IMG/VR virus record: IMGVR_UViG_3300025674_000030
Span: 8,647-72,646 of that record
Source of the DNA: a virus
Length of the DNA: 64,000 nucleotides
Strand: one strand, 5' to 3'
Made by a program: the position numbers and the translations under genes. The notes beneath the pieces are model-generated. The model had not been told where the DNA came from. It ran no database searches and worked only from the letters and a program-made list of their open reading frames with translations. Below are positions 12,001 through 22,000 of the stretch, piece after piece (the first letter of the stretch is position 1; every line of letters starts with the position of its first letter).

Positions 12001-12424
12001 GAGGGTTGTAGAAACTGGCGAGGGCGATCCGCCCGGTAGATTCATCATATCGACAGACAACGGTGATGGTACATACTCCACACAGCTTAGACCCGGCGCC
12101 GAAGGCTGGCTTACTGCGGAGGATAGAGATCCCGGCTTCTTTGCTGGTAATGGCTTCTTTATGTTGCATTATGACAAATGGGATCAGAATATCTTAACCA
12201 AATCAAAGTTTAGAATCAAAAAGCTATTTAAGGGCTTCTACAACTCAAGAGATTTCGATCCAGATGGAGAGGACGCAAACTCACCCGGTGAGGCATTTTT
12301 GGCAAGCTTGAGGGCATCATTTAAGCCAGCAACCGGCCAAAGACTACTTCCATGGTGGAAGAGGAGAATGTTGAGGACCAATCCGTTTAATGCAGACGGC
12401 GCACTCTGTGATAAAAAAGACTAG
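6050..12424 (+). CDS. Very large acidic virion structural protein (2124 aa), function unknown
   Basis: Uninterrupted ORF within the baseplate block. Confidence 0.6.
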   Translation: MAESKFLKYQDKNRDFLIDVCEVDLPPPEEQVCKDCVPNPKALIPNWKTFEDLTPFLNEKICQYQIAITTPETSTGASLDSTELEAQEALQELYAQYSEEAIEAFLEYYQKAVNDPNLLKMRESIDYRDYDLDARPLSHLKLLYSFPFEILSSLEDEEPEDDEAEEADGEDIVVEFGATRMNPDLIRVRKALNLYARYEKVYRFTDGGSLRFLEAGGLFNLENYGDAGLVAGSSITSNLIPQLDAFLNEKGFNIPGVGGLSGIFEDKVTKIEFTFTPQYRVKKLRIYTQTCGEKPVVIKKLKRLNKKPSWRDRTAVAYFAQMKKMERDLTARVPKPWLEFVKEYTYPEIESVTNAGYNNTDPENSVTSCIASNLEAEGKQLGQDILDDVFGIGDAIALQFHKALCNEDYQEMIEQKIKFGQIPSEALLVSAQGRDVDQIDAARFSPTGKQGEVNKNIGAFAIEQAFRELDERDQVFSNFCALLLSGTVGGGDLTRQLDLLWANGLDKIRVCGLFDLMLDAIQCLFKGLTLEEALASMLQAALKAMSIENFGDLFVGLPPDKQQELDELVQRKLASGDIFRPDSQQQRVSDESAKGENARIDVDEDPSLFGNIRFNKPWENPELVSEQNEKLLRENSYSSESPTGIPPANTRKSDVGDATARAQLQNVGSELNPALIMDAYASALIEVYSENLLDLLDILNRFPGAQIISKIIALIDCPIPPIFDPSLMDFLKDIELPFCRNTQHIGLPRLENPFAYLPKLKDLFRLLFQIIKIELQKLVVRIIVKLIVKICELIGNAICKALEAVGDIAAALPAIATGRSTFKDVIRETICGPDTDEERIDDTIVDMFQKMGAGGAAFADRAAVMSFAEDISATTSRRELTDAVLGNPSETFLSVMQSLIEFEHPQFAEAFNNRENISSFFGNIGNLMPTDAKQALRDFSAGLSEDDQLPANPTLCATAEQVEDFCNLRAGLLEGRASPEQIAKLCDSARDTFKNDIEDLATILNDGIPNYLNNNMPPMISDPGCNNGLLPFEPEEITKATTKTLDGNMEQLKIAYTYDMIGNGPLERNWGFINMVLSDTEGNPYTSHLRKSANSGRIFKKDFVDFYVDSESEADEDTRYTKLSRQHGAFPIKVADWLQEEMPRQIAAGSFNSNNDERDNQIFTKSFEDLNFTGLFGDVDLLALPDYGYNTDVSADFNNQNVKFNKKARKANPDLSLQFRDNAKGTGMFSYGFELELYLSDIVKEDGEFKNRPDDNCRILIRNIVNTKAKVSAADGSYSDKNEESEKSSKNEEESILRWRAYEFLATDNGLDGIDMTAYPRYYETTRRAKGNIPQVYLLQDILEKNASDSLPSPSEIKSTHDLLMNSIFQRFAQEIYNNDSAFVYGAALDDLTYEDIEYLDPNTGELYEDSDYTNEDAILGVSRDQFVNGDDARVIYLDPAKFGGNYINPPLYIKPVKNDGWLGMIDVMFPEIGPCKPYRADLVDFGSIQQRINESYGSIPEDERLRTDPDCVREEPYNRILERPSKAGIEGLISAAVRIYSSLHILKALATYTKFKPDFSETFSRINAQYVIEKMEEDFKDAQPSAFFEFFNPFKDQEFWYAFLEQSVQTYARRYANDQLPDPPAAVVDALTRIEEVIKKHRNIYKDTYNTKDGRTIIGLRDAKKIGDASFLQSLKNYRADKNLEVVQETEADAKIILQELVIEELNYMGDVFIKNLEGTSFANNDMISSLPKFLLESLTEGSSLDIDKEIKQEVVDLETEGEDLYTSGGELITLDGEDYVGYYHVHVDEDGESVYMEGSYHSEEDHDILVVSAKKIIVPIGDISWRGEAPEPNIAKPFKLEKYIRLGDQFYSSNQAARDELNRRTTTPEQTNISDLFPGTMELVYDENGVEIGITGELGARYGLEFSIAEGVLARVEVDVLDLPVSQFQFLEDNSKLLLCLVNNLLDDPDFNAVVKYIFPLSKVLSTLSIYNDLAFVPSIGERVVETGEGDPPGRFIISTDNGDGTYSTQLRPGAEGWLTAEDRDPGFFAGNGFFMLHYDKWDQNILTKSKFRIKKLFKGFYNSRDFDPDGEDANSPGEAFLASLRASFKPATGQRLLPWWKRRMLRTNPFNADGALCDKKD

Positions 12425-12429
12425 TAGGT

Positions 12430-12439
12430 AGTATTTATA
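12430..12439 (+). promoter_or_regulatory. Candidate late promoter variant (AGTATTTATA)
   Basis: Variant of the recurrent ACTATTTAT motif just upstream of SD GGAGG and gp25. Confidence 0.45.
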
Positions 12440-12451
12440 GGGAGGGTTGAT

Positions 12452-12820
12452 ATGTCTTCAATAGCAGTTAGGTTGCCTTTATCTCTAGATGACACCGATG
12501 GCTTTGGTATGCTTAAGACCATTAGAGATACAATAAGGCAAAATTTAAAAATGCTCATATTGACTGAGCCCGGCGAAAGAATCATGGAGCCACAATTTGG
12601 GGTTGGCATGAAGAGGTATTTATTTGAAAATTTCTCTGATGATGTTTATTCTCAAATTGATGCAAGAATAAGAGAGCAGGTATCAATCTATATACCCGAT
12701 ATTGCTATAAGAAGAATCAATTTCTATCTAATAGAACCAGACTCAAACAATATTTCATTCAGACTGGAGTATTCCATACCATCCATAGCAGTAACTGATT
12801 TATTAGAATTTACTATTTAA
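12452..12820 (+). CDS. Baseplate wedge protein, gp25/GPW family
   Basis: IRQNLKMLILTEPGERIMEPQFGVGM signature. Confidence 0.92.
   Translation: MSSIAVRLPLSLDDTDGFGMLKTIRDTIRQNLKMLILTEPGERIMEPQFGVGMKRYLFENFSDDVYSQIDARIREQVSIYIPDIAIRRINFYLIEPDSNNISFRLEYSIPSIAVTDLLEFTI
12812..12820 (+). promoter_or_regulatory. Candidate late promoter ACTATTTAA
   Basis: Recurrent motif about 20 nt before the gp6 start. Confidence 0.45.
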
Positions 12821-12839
12821 TACCAAGGAAAAACGCTAA

Positions 12840-14636
12840 ATGCCACAAGATCCAAAAAAGAAAATACCCATAAATTATACTAACAGAGAATTTGACGGTA
12901 TTCGTAACGATCTTGAGCAAATTGCAGAAAGGTTTTATCCCGACACCTTCCAAGATTTTAGTGAAGCCTCTTTCGGCTCGATAGTCTTGGACTCAATAGC
13001 GTATGTTGGTGATCAGCTTTCTTTCTATCTCGACTACAATGTTAATGAGATGTTCTTAGACACATCTTTTCAGCTAACAAACGTTTTGAGGCATGGAAGG
13101 ATTATGGGCTACAAAAACCAAGGTAGACCATCCACCTATGGTGTTGTCTCGCTCTATATTAGAGTTCCCGCTTCCACCGTTGGTCTTGGACCAGACACAC
13201 GCTATCTACCAGTCTTAAAAAGAGGAAGCAGATTCACCTCTCAATCTGGTCTCAATTTTGTCTTAACAGATAACGTGGACTTCTCAGATCCAAAAAACGA
13301 AACTGTTGTTGCGAATGTTGACTCTACAACAGGCGCCCCAACCTTCTTTGCAGTCAAAGCATACGGCAATGTTGTCTCTGGCTTCTTTAAGAGAGATACT
13401 GTAGAAGTTGGAGACTTTGAAAGATTTAAGTTACTAGAGGTTCAGTCTGCAAACGTTGCAGAGATCATCTCTGTTACTGACTCTGGGGGCAATGAATATT
13501 ACGAAGTTGAGAACCTATCTCAAGATATCATTTACAAAGAAATACCGAATAACAACTTTAGAGAAGAAAATGCCCCTTCTGTCATGAAGCCATTTTTAGT
13601 ATCTAGAAAGTTTGTGTCTTTTACTGAAAGAAGTAGAACTTTCATACAATTTGGCTCCGGTAATCCAAACGAAACAGACGTTGTTGCTGAGCCACAAAAG
13701 GTAGCTTTAGATATCTTTGGCAAATCTTACGTGACTGATACAACGTTCGACCCAACCAAACTAACAAAAAACCAAAATTTTGGAGTCGTACCCTCCAACA
13801 CAACCCTTGAGATTATCTATAGAGTTACCAATCCATCAAACTCTAACACAGCAGTTGGTAATCTAAGAAGCGTATCGAATGCAAGATTTGATTTTGAAAA
13901 TAGAACAAGCCTTCTATCGTCAAGAGTGGAAGCAGTAATCAATTCTTTAGAGGTTTCTAATGAAAAGCCTATTACTGGAGACGTTTCACTGCCTTCTACT
14001 GGCGAAGTAAAGAGAAGAATATATGATTCGTTCTCGACTCAAAACAGAGCAGTAACTCAGGTTGATTACGAAAACTTGGCTTACAGAATGCCAGTAAAAT
14101 ATGGCTCTATCAAAAGGTGCTCAGTCCAGAAGGATCCTGATTCTCAAAAAAGAAACCTGAATATGTATGTTGTTTCTGAAGACTCTTTCGGAAAACTGAC
14201 TCTATCAAGCGATACGATCAAGAAAAATCTAAAAGTTTGGCTAAACCAGCACAGGATGATTAACGACACGGTTGATATTATTGATCCATTTATCCTAAAT
14301 GTGGGTGTAAACTTTGTGGTATCTTCTAAACAAGGTGTCAACAAGTTTGATTTATTGGAGAGATGTGTTGCTGCACTTGGGGCAAAATTTGGACAGCCGT
14401 ATTACATTGGAGAGGACATAAATATTTCTGAAATGTATCAAGAGTTGGGAAAAATCAGCGGTGTACACGAAGTAATCAACATTAAGATTGTTAGCCAAGT
14501 AGGCTCAAACTATAGCGGTAGTTCGATAGATATCAACCAAAATCTTTCTCCAGATGGAACCAAGATTATTATTCCAAAGAATGCCGTTGTCGAAATCAAA
14601 TACCCAGATGTGGATATAAAGGGGCAAGTTAGATAA
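12840..14636 (+). CDS. Baseplate wedge subunit, T4 gp6-like
   Basis: INYTNREFDGIRNDL, DFSEASFG..LD..AYVGDQLSFYLD, IQFGSG, QNRAVTQVDYE. Confidence 0.9.
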   Translation: MPQDPKKKIPINYTNREFDGIRNDLEQIAERFYPDTFQDFSEASFGSIVLDSIAYVGDQLSFYLDYNVNEMFLDTSFQLTNVLRHGRIMGYKNQGRPSTYGVVSLYIRVPASTVGLGPDTRYLPVLKRGSRFTSQSGLNFVLTDNVDFSDPKNETVVANVDSTTGAPTFFAVKAYGNVVSGFFKRDTVEVGDFERFKLLEVQSANVAEIISVTDSGGNEYYEVENLSQDIIYKEIPNNNFREENAPSVMKPFLVSRKFVSFTERSRTFIQFGSGNPNETDVVAEPQKVALDIFGKSYVTDTTFDPTKLTKNQNFGVVPSNTTLEIIYRVTNPSNSNTAVGNLRSVSNARFDFENRTSLLSSRVEAVINSLEVSNEKPITGDVSLPSTGEVKRRIYDSFSTQNRAVTQVDYENLAYRMPVKYGSIKRCSVQKDPDSQKRNLNMYVVSEDSFGKLTLSSDTIKKNLKVWLNQHRMINDTVDIIDPFILNVGVNFVVSSKQGVNKFDLLERCVAALGAKFGQPYYIGEDINISEMYQELGKISGVHEVINIKIVSQVGSNYSGSSIDINQNLSPDGTKIIIPKNAVVEIKYPDVDIKGQVR

Positions 14637-16054
14637 TGGCTATTAGACGCTACGTTGCAAACGCAGATAACACTATTTCAAATGCTTACAAAGAAAACCT
14701 GCGAACCCGCGCTACTGGCTCAAACATGGGCCAAGCAGATGTTAGTGAGGTTTTTTCGATTTATGCTAGACAGTCTACATCATCAGCAGAGCTTTCCCGT
14801 GTTTTAACACAGTTTGATGTATCTGCGATCTCATCCGATAGAACTGCTGGCATTATACCTACATCTGGAAGTGTAAGCTTTTATCTACGTCTATTTAACG
14901 CAGAAACCTCTAAGACGGTTCCGAAAAACTTTGTAATAGTTGCACAAGCGATATCAAAATCATGGACAGAGGGTGATGGTCTAGACCTTGAAAACTACAA
15001 AGATGTGGGTGCCTCTAACTGGATCTCAGCCTCTTCAACAACAGCGTGGGATTCGGCTGGCGGTGATTATCATGCATCACCGACTTTTACACAAACTTTC
15101 TCTACTGGTCTTGAAGATTTAGAAATAGATATTTCCTCTCTTGTGGAGCAATGGATTGCTGGTACAAAAGACAACTACGGCATTGGTATTCGCCTTACTT
15201 CTTCTCTCGAAACTGCCCAAACTTCTTATTACACTAAGCGCTTTTTTGCCAGAGGAACACAATACTTCTTCAAGAAGCCTGTTATTGAAGCTCGTTGGAA
15301 TTCTTCAAACCAAGATGATAGAGGAAACTTTTACATGTCGTCCTCCTTGGCCCCAGCAGCCGATAACTTAAACACGCTCTATCTTTACAACTATGTTCGT
15401 GGGCAGCTAACCAATATTCCAGCAATTGGGACAGGTGAGATATATGTTGATTTGTATGAAACCCTTGGTGGTACCGCATTGACACAGGCTATAAACACTC
15501 CCGCAACCGGCGGCTATGTCTCTACTGGAATCTATTCTTGCTCAGTGTGTTTAACTGGTACCTACACAACCTTGCGTGACGTTTGGTATTCTGGTAGCAC
15601 TCAATACTTTACTGGAACTATCTCTCCAGAAACTTTTGCTGCTGCTGCCGTATCTACCGGGAATAACCGCTATATTACCAAGATCAAGAATCTTAGAAAC
15701 AAATACTTCTCTGAAGAAGAAGCGCGCTTCAACGTCTATGTCCGAAGCAAAAACTGGTCCCCAACTATTTACACAGTAGCGTCAAGTGAGATAGAAAATA
15801 CTATTATTCCAAGTGCGTCTTACAGAGTTTATAGGGTTTTGGATGGCTACAATGTACTACCACACGGCACAGGATCAGACCTACAAACACTACTCTCTTA
15901 CGATGTATCAGGAAACTATTTCAATCTTGACATGTCCTTGCTTGAGCCCGGCTACGAATATGGCATCAAGTTCGCGTTCTACGACTCTCAGAGGCAGAGT
16001 TGGATTGAGCAAGATCAAAAGTTCCTATTCAGAGTAGAAGAATATGAGTATTAA
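14636..16054 (+). CDS. Virion structural protein (baseplate/tail region)
   Basis: Ser/Thr/Gly-rich beta protein; SRVLTQFD, WDSAGGD, KKPVIEARW motifs loosely like DNRLRE-type domains; translationally coupled to gp6. Confidence 0.6.
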   Translation: MAIRRYVANADNTISNAYKENLRTRATGSNMGQADVSEVFSIYARQSTSSAELSRVLTQFDVSAISSDRTAGIIPTSGSVSFYLRLFNAETSKTVPKNFVIVAQAISKSWTEGDGLDLENYKDVGASNWISASSTTAWDSAGGDYHASPTFTQTFSTGLEDLEIDISSLVEQWIAGTKDNYGIGIRLTSSLETAQTSYYTKRFFARGTQYFFKKPVIEARWNSSNQDDRGNFYMSSSLAPAADNLNTLYLYNYVRGQLTNIPAIGTGEIYVDLYETLGGTALTQAINTPATGGYVSTGIYSCSVCLTGTYTTLRDVWYSGSTQYFTGTISPETFAAAAVSTGNNRYITKIKNLRNKYFSEEEARFNVYVRSKNWSPTIYTVASSEIENTIIPSASYRVYRVLDGYNVLPHGTGSDLQTLLSYDVSGNYFNLDMSLLEPGYEYGIKFAFYDSQRQSWIEQDQKFLFRVEEYEY

Positions 16055-19000
16055 AGACTTATTTGACAAGAAAAGAAATGATTTACCCCAGACCACCAAT
16101 CAAGAAATGCTTGATAATGTGGAGTCTACGAACAATCTTATACAAAAGTCAGAGTTAAGAGAAACATTTGTACCTCAGATAGACTATTCTGAGCCTGAAA
16201 ACTTTACAAAGTTTGGTTCTGCTCATCTTTACTATAAATCTGCAATAGAGAGGATTTATGATTATTTCCCTTATGACGGCTCTGAGGCTGAGATAAATGC
16301 TTTCACAAACCAATCACTTCCTCATGAGAGGTATATCTTTGATAACCTTTACCCAAGAACAAATGGTTATGCCAACTTTGATGGCTCCTCTTACATCAAT
16401 CTAAAGGGTGGCCCAAACGCAACGTCCTATACTACCCTTGGTGGTCTTTTTAGGGATGCTGGTTCTACAAAAAGAAGCCAAGCCAACCTTTACGAAACCA
16501 ATGTTTATCAAACTGATAACAAGCCCTCTGATTATGGCTCAGGCACTAGAGAATCAAATCTAAAGTGTGATTTCCAAACAGGTGTGACTGTTGAGTTTTG
16601 GTTGAAAGCCCCTGCGCCGTCTTCCAACACAAAGCAGACCATTTTTCATCTAACCAATTCATCAGGTGGTGATGCTCTTACTATTTTCCTTTCTGGAACA
16701 ACGGGCTCACCATTTCATGTTAGTATTGATGATTCTGCTACTTCCGTATTCTCAAATCAACAGCTTGGTTCAGCACCAACCACAAGTTCAATAGAGGACT
16801 GGAAACACTATGCTGTGTCCTTCAAGAGCGCAAGTGCCGGTGTTGAAACAAAGCTTTACGTCAATGGTGTGTTAGATTCTACAAACACTCTTGGCTCTAC
16901 AGGAATCAACACACTCACGCAAAAGGGCACTATTGCTTACATAGCCTCTGGTTCTGTTGGCTATTTTTCTGGCTCTATGGATGAATTTAGGTTTTGGAAA
17001 ACAGAAAGAAACGCTTTCCAGATTGGGACCAACTACTTTACCCAAGTTCGTGGCGGCGCAAATACTGATACCGCAAATAGCACCCTTGGGGTGTACTACA
17101 AGTTTAACGAAGGGACAACAGGTGATTCCGCGCTAGATGAGATTGTTCTCGATTACGCTGGCAGAATAACCAATGGCACTTGGAACGGCACAGTATCCAG
17201 AACTCTAGAATCAGCGATCGTTGAAGCGGGCGCCGCCGCCACAGAATACCAAGATCCAATAATTTACGATAGCCATCCATCTGTTGTTTCTTTGAAGAGC
17301 GATCTTGAATCAAAGGGCACTTTTTACGATAGTAACAATCCAACAAAGTTTATAAACTACTTTCCTTCTTGGGTTATTGAGGAGAGCGAAAATGATGATA
17401 AAAGCCAGCTTGAAATGGTGTCACACATCATTGGAACCTATTTTGATAAACTTTATTTACAGATACAGTCTGTCACCCAGTTTAAGCAGCCATTATACAC
17501 AAGTGCCTCCTACAAGCCACTGCCATTTGCAAGAAACCTTCCGCAGTCATTGGGTCTCTATACCCCTGAAATCTTCATAGATTCTGATATCATCAACACT
17601 GTAGCCAATAAGACAGAGGCTTTCAACTTTGAGGGAGACTTAGAAGATACAAAAAATCTAATCTATCTGAACTTATACAACAATTTATCTTCCATATTCA
17701 AGTCTAAGGGTACAGAAAAGTCAATCAAGGGGGTGTTGCGATGCTTCTATATTGACGATCAGGTCATTAAGCTAAACACCTACAGCAACAAAGCAAGATA
17801 TGAACTAAGAAATAACCTTGAGCAAACCACAAAGCTAAACAAATACATCAACTTTAACAAGCGCTCTGGTACTGGTGCGGTTATATTCCAAAAGCAAGAC
17901 CCAGCAGACACAACCAATACTATCGGCTATATTTCAGGTTCTGAATCAGAGGGCTATGAGTTTGCATATGGCGCCACTGTAGAAGCTGACGTAACTTTTC
18001 CATATTTTAAAAATTCTATTGACGTTATAGACAGAGATTTTAACGAAGTTTCGTTGTTTGGTGTTGTTTCTGCAAGCGTGGATGCTCCAGACGACACAAC
18101 TTTCTTTGGAACAGATAACACAAACTTTCAAATTTTTGCTGTAAGAGATCACAAGAAGTCAAAAAATGCTTACTTTAAGCTGACCTCCTCTATATCTCCG
18201 AACCCATTTCCAGAGATTACAAGTAGCGTTTTCTTTGATGTTTACAATAACCAAGATTGGAACCTATCTGTCTCGGTTGTTCCCAGCAAATCGGGTAGCT
18301 TAAAGTACGTCACTGGTTCAGGTGATTATTCGTATACTCTTAAATTTGAAGGGTACAACACTCTTCTTGGTGATGTTCGTGATAGTTTCTCAATCGAAGA
18401 AACCCTAACCAAAACTCAAGGTGAAAACTTCTTAAAATCAGCTAAGAGAGTTTACGCTGGTGCTTATAGGCAAAACCTAACTGGCTCACTAATCAACGAA
18501 AGCGATGTGCTTGTATCTGGGGTTCGCTACTGGCTCCGAAGTATTGACTTTGATTCCAAAAAGCAACACGCTTTAGACTTTGATAATGTTGGTAGAACCG
18601 ACAGTTATCAGAATCTATCTGTTCTTGATTCACAAACCAAAAATCTCGATGTTTTGAACAAAGACACTCTAGCGCTTAGTTGGGAATTTGGTAATCTTAC
18701 CGGCTCCGATTCTGGTGGCAATTTTTATATCACCGATTATAGCTCTGGATCAGCCCTTGTTAGAGATAACTATGGCTGGGTAGGCAGTATATCGGGCTAC
18801 CAGCACTCTGGCTATGGTTATGGATTTGCAACCTCCTCCGCAGACGCGATAGAAGAAAAGAGACTAAATGTATTTAAGTTTGTAGATCCAGAGAGAACTA
18901 TATCATCGGACATGATCACCCTTGTTGATGATGCCTTGGAGCTATACGGGGTACCAGAAGATGTTGTTAGCTACCACCATACTCTAGAAAAGAGTATGTA

Positions 19001-22000
19001 TAGTGCCATCTCTGATGAAATGCTTAAGTTTTTCGCAGGCGCAGCAGATTTCAACAACCTCATAGGTGACCCCGTTAATCGTTACAGAATGGATTACAAG
19101 GCGTTAGAAAAACTAAGACAAGCTTTCTTCCTAAGAGTAGAAAATGTCAAAGAAGTTGAGCGCTACATAGATTATTACAAGTGGTTTGATGATTCGCTTG
19201 GTGATATTATTAAGCAGCTAATACCTGCCTCTGCGGTTGTTTCAGAAAATATCTTCGATGTTGTCGAGAGTCATGTTTTAGAGCGCAATAAATATCAGTC
19301 TAAGTTCCCAACCATTGAGTTCAGGACAGCAGATCCAGAAAGCCCTGCTTTGGGTATTCGAGAAAAGACTTATGATTGGGAACACGCACATCATCCGGCA
19401 TCTAACTCCCAAAGAGAAAATTCAGAATATTGGCAGAAGAGAGCCAATCGTGAAAATTCTGATGTAATATCATCTGGCGATAGTGCCATTGACGAACAAA
19501 GAGATGGCATTATTGAAACTGCCGATAAGTACAATAACCAGCCAGCACCAACAGTAAGCCAGCCAGATAGACAAACCTATTCCGGTCAAACCTACGTTCT
19601 TAGAAAACTATCAAGACCATACAAGCTAAACATCGATAGGCGTACATATGAACCAAGAATCATTAAGGGTGGCACAAACTTTGAAGTAAACAAAAACTTT
19701 GAATACCACAGGGTCGCCTTGCATCCGGCAGGGCCAGTGAACAATGATGATGGCGTATTCGTGCCAAAAAATGTTCTTCTTGGGTTTACTGAAGATTTGG
19801 TACAACTTGAAGATACAATCGATCCACCCAAAGATCCAAGAATCTTAGTGAAAAGAAACATAAAAGTTCAATCTGGTCGGGATTGGGAAGATGGTATTGG
19901 CTACAAAAATAACAAATCTGATATAATCTTCCCTTTCAATATCATTAGTTCTTCCATAAACACTGGCTACAACAAAGAAGTGGTCGAAAGAGTTACGGCT
20001 AGTGTGGAAGTGGTCAATATCCATAACGATGTTTATGGCGAGGATATGGAGCGCCCCATGCAGGGCCCATTCACCGATTATGCCGTTGGCGGCCTCCAGT
20101 ACCGACACATCGGACTTAACGATGGTAATGACAACTACCTAAACAGACCAGAAGGATGGAAACTAGCCTTGGGGCTATGTGCTGGCGTTACTGGTGCGAT
20201 TGGTATGATAGGCCCCGACTACCCATACCCAGAGGCCAATGCAGTTAACGAGAATCCATACCCAATGACCGGTGCCCAAAAGGCCCACCTTTACAGAGAT
20301 ATGGTTGCTAAGCGCCCCGTGAACATTCGCAACATTCACCATACAACCGGCTCAACGATACTTGGTAACTATAACCACAACTATGATGTTGTGCAGGCAG
20401 GCAGTGCTTTCTCTAATCCAAGGCAGTTTGTTGAAAAGCAGCCTTCTTTGCCTGCCAACACCTTTAGCAGCAATGCTCGTTATGCTACTTCTGTCAGGAC
20501 ACTGTTGGATATCAATAGAAATAGCGGAGGACACAACGATATAAACGGAGACTACTCTGTAGAATATCTCTTAAGCGCCTCTGGCGACTCTGTATTCACA
20601 ACAAGATTTTCTGCGCCCGGCGGTATAGAGGTGATGACAAAGGGTTATCAAGACTTTAGATCTTCGACATATTCTGTATACAACGCCCTAAATGCAAGAA
20701 ACCAGACTGTTAGAAGATCTTTCCAAGGAGTTTCATCCTCCATAGTTTCTGAAACCAGTGGAATAAGAAACTTTGATCACACTGGTCGTGATTTTGGTTT
20801 GACAAACTTGGCCGCACGTCACTCTGCTCGCTTCTTCCGTGATTCAACTTTGGAGTCTAACCCCGGAGCTTCTTACAACGAAGCCCCCTCATTCCATAGA
20901 GTACACAGGAACAACAAGGTCTTTGCGGTATTTGAGTCCGATAACACCAAACAAAGTTTCGACAACCTTAACGTGCAGCACCAAATACCCCGTTCCGATC
21001 GCCAATATTCTTGGATTACATCTTCTATAATCCACAGAGATGTTAATGATCCACGCTATTCTGGCTTTATGAACACTGATGTAAATGAGCCCCCTGCTGA
21101 TGCGCCATATTATGTGATTACTGGCGCTTATATTCCATTCTTTGAATATGTTTCGGCTTCTGACCCCGGCTCTGCCATTTATCAGAACACAACCAGATTA
21201 AACCTCCTCGTTACAGATGCAACAGGATCAGAACAAAATGTACTTGGGAGCCAAAACGTACAAATAACTTCTCTCACTACATTACCGGAACACCGTAGAC
21301 TTAACGCCCTCTTAATCCGTAGAGGCGATTTGTATGGGTGGAACTGGAACAAGGTAAGGCAACAGGACCACCCAATCCTTAGAATTGAAAAGCAGCAAAA
21401 CAAGATATCAGCTTATTCAAACAATCAGATAGTATCTTACGACATGAGACCAGTAAACCAATCTGGCAGGCCGGTCATGCTTAATATTTACAAGACTACC
21501 CAGACCAACGTGGGCGGTGTTCCCACGCAAGCCTCCAGTTCGATTACTTTGAGAGCGACCTACAATAATCTCAAGCAGGGCTTCAACGATGTAGATTACC
21601 AAAATGTTAGTGGACTAAGATTGAGTAACAGAAGAACAAGTCTAGAAGACTTTGTTGATATGGTTACTAGTAGCCCAGAATACTCTCTAAACTGGGTCAA
21701 GTATTCAGAAAACATCTTCCCCTCTCAAAGAAACGCATTTGATGTAAGCAAGACTCTTAGAGATGGCTATGATAACAAATACTGGAGAGATCAGGCGACT
21801 GATCGCGAGAAGCTTGGAAATACTTTGGAAAATTCATTTGGTGTCTCTTTGTCACAAAGCTCTTGGATTCTAGATGCGCCACCAGATTTCTATACTCGCG
21901 CAACAATCCCTAGCTCCGCAGATCTAAAAACCAAAGCCGCAGGCGAGCTACAAAATACTTACTTTAGCTATCACAACTCGGGTGCTCCCGCAGCCAACAC

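Noticed and set aside
6050-12424. Tape measure protein call
   Set aside because: Acidic, Pro/Cys-containing composition without the Ala/Gly-rich periodic repeats; no adjacent tube or sheath genes
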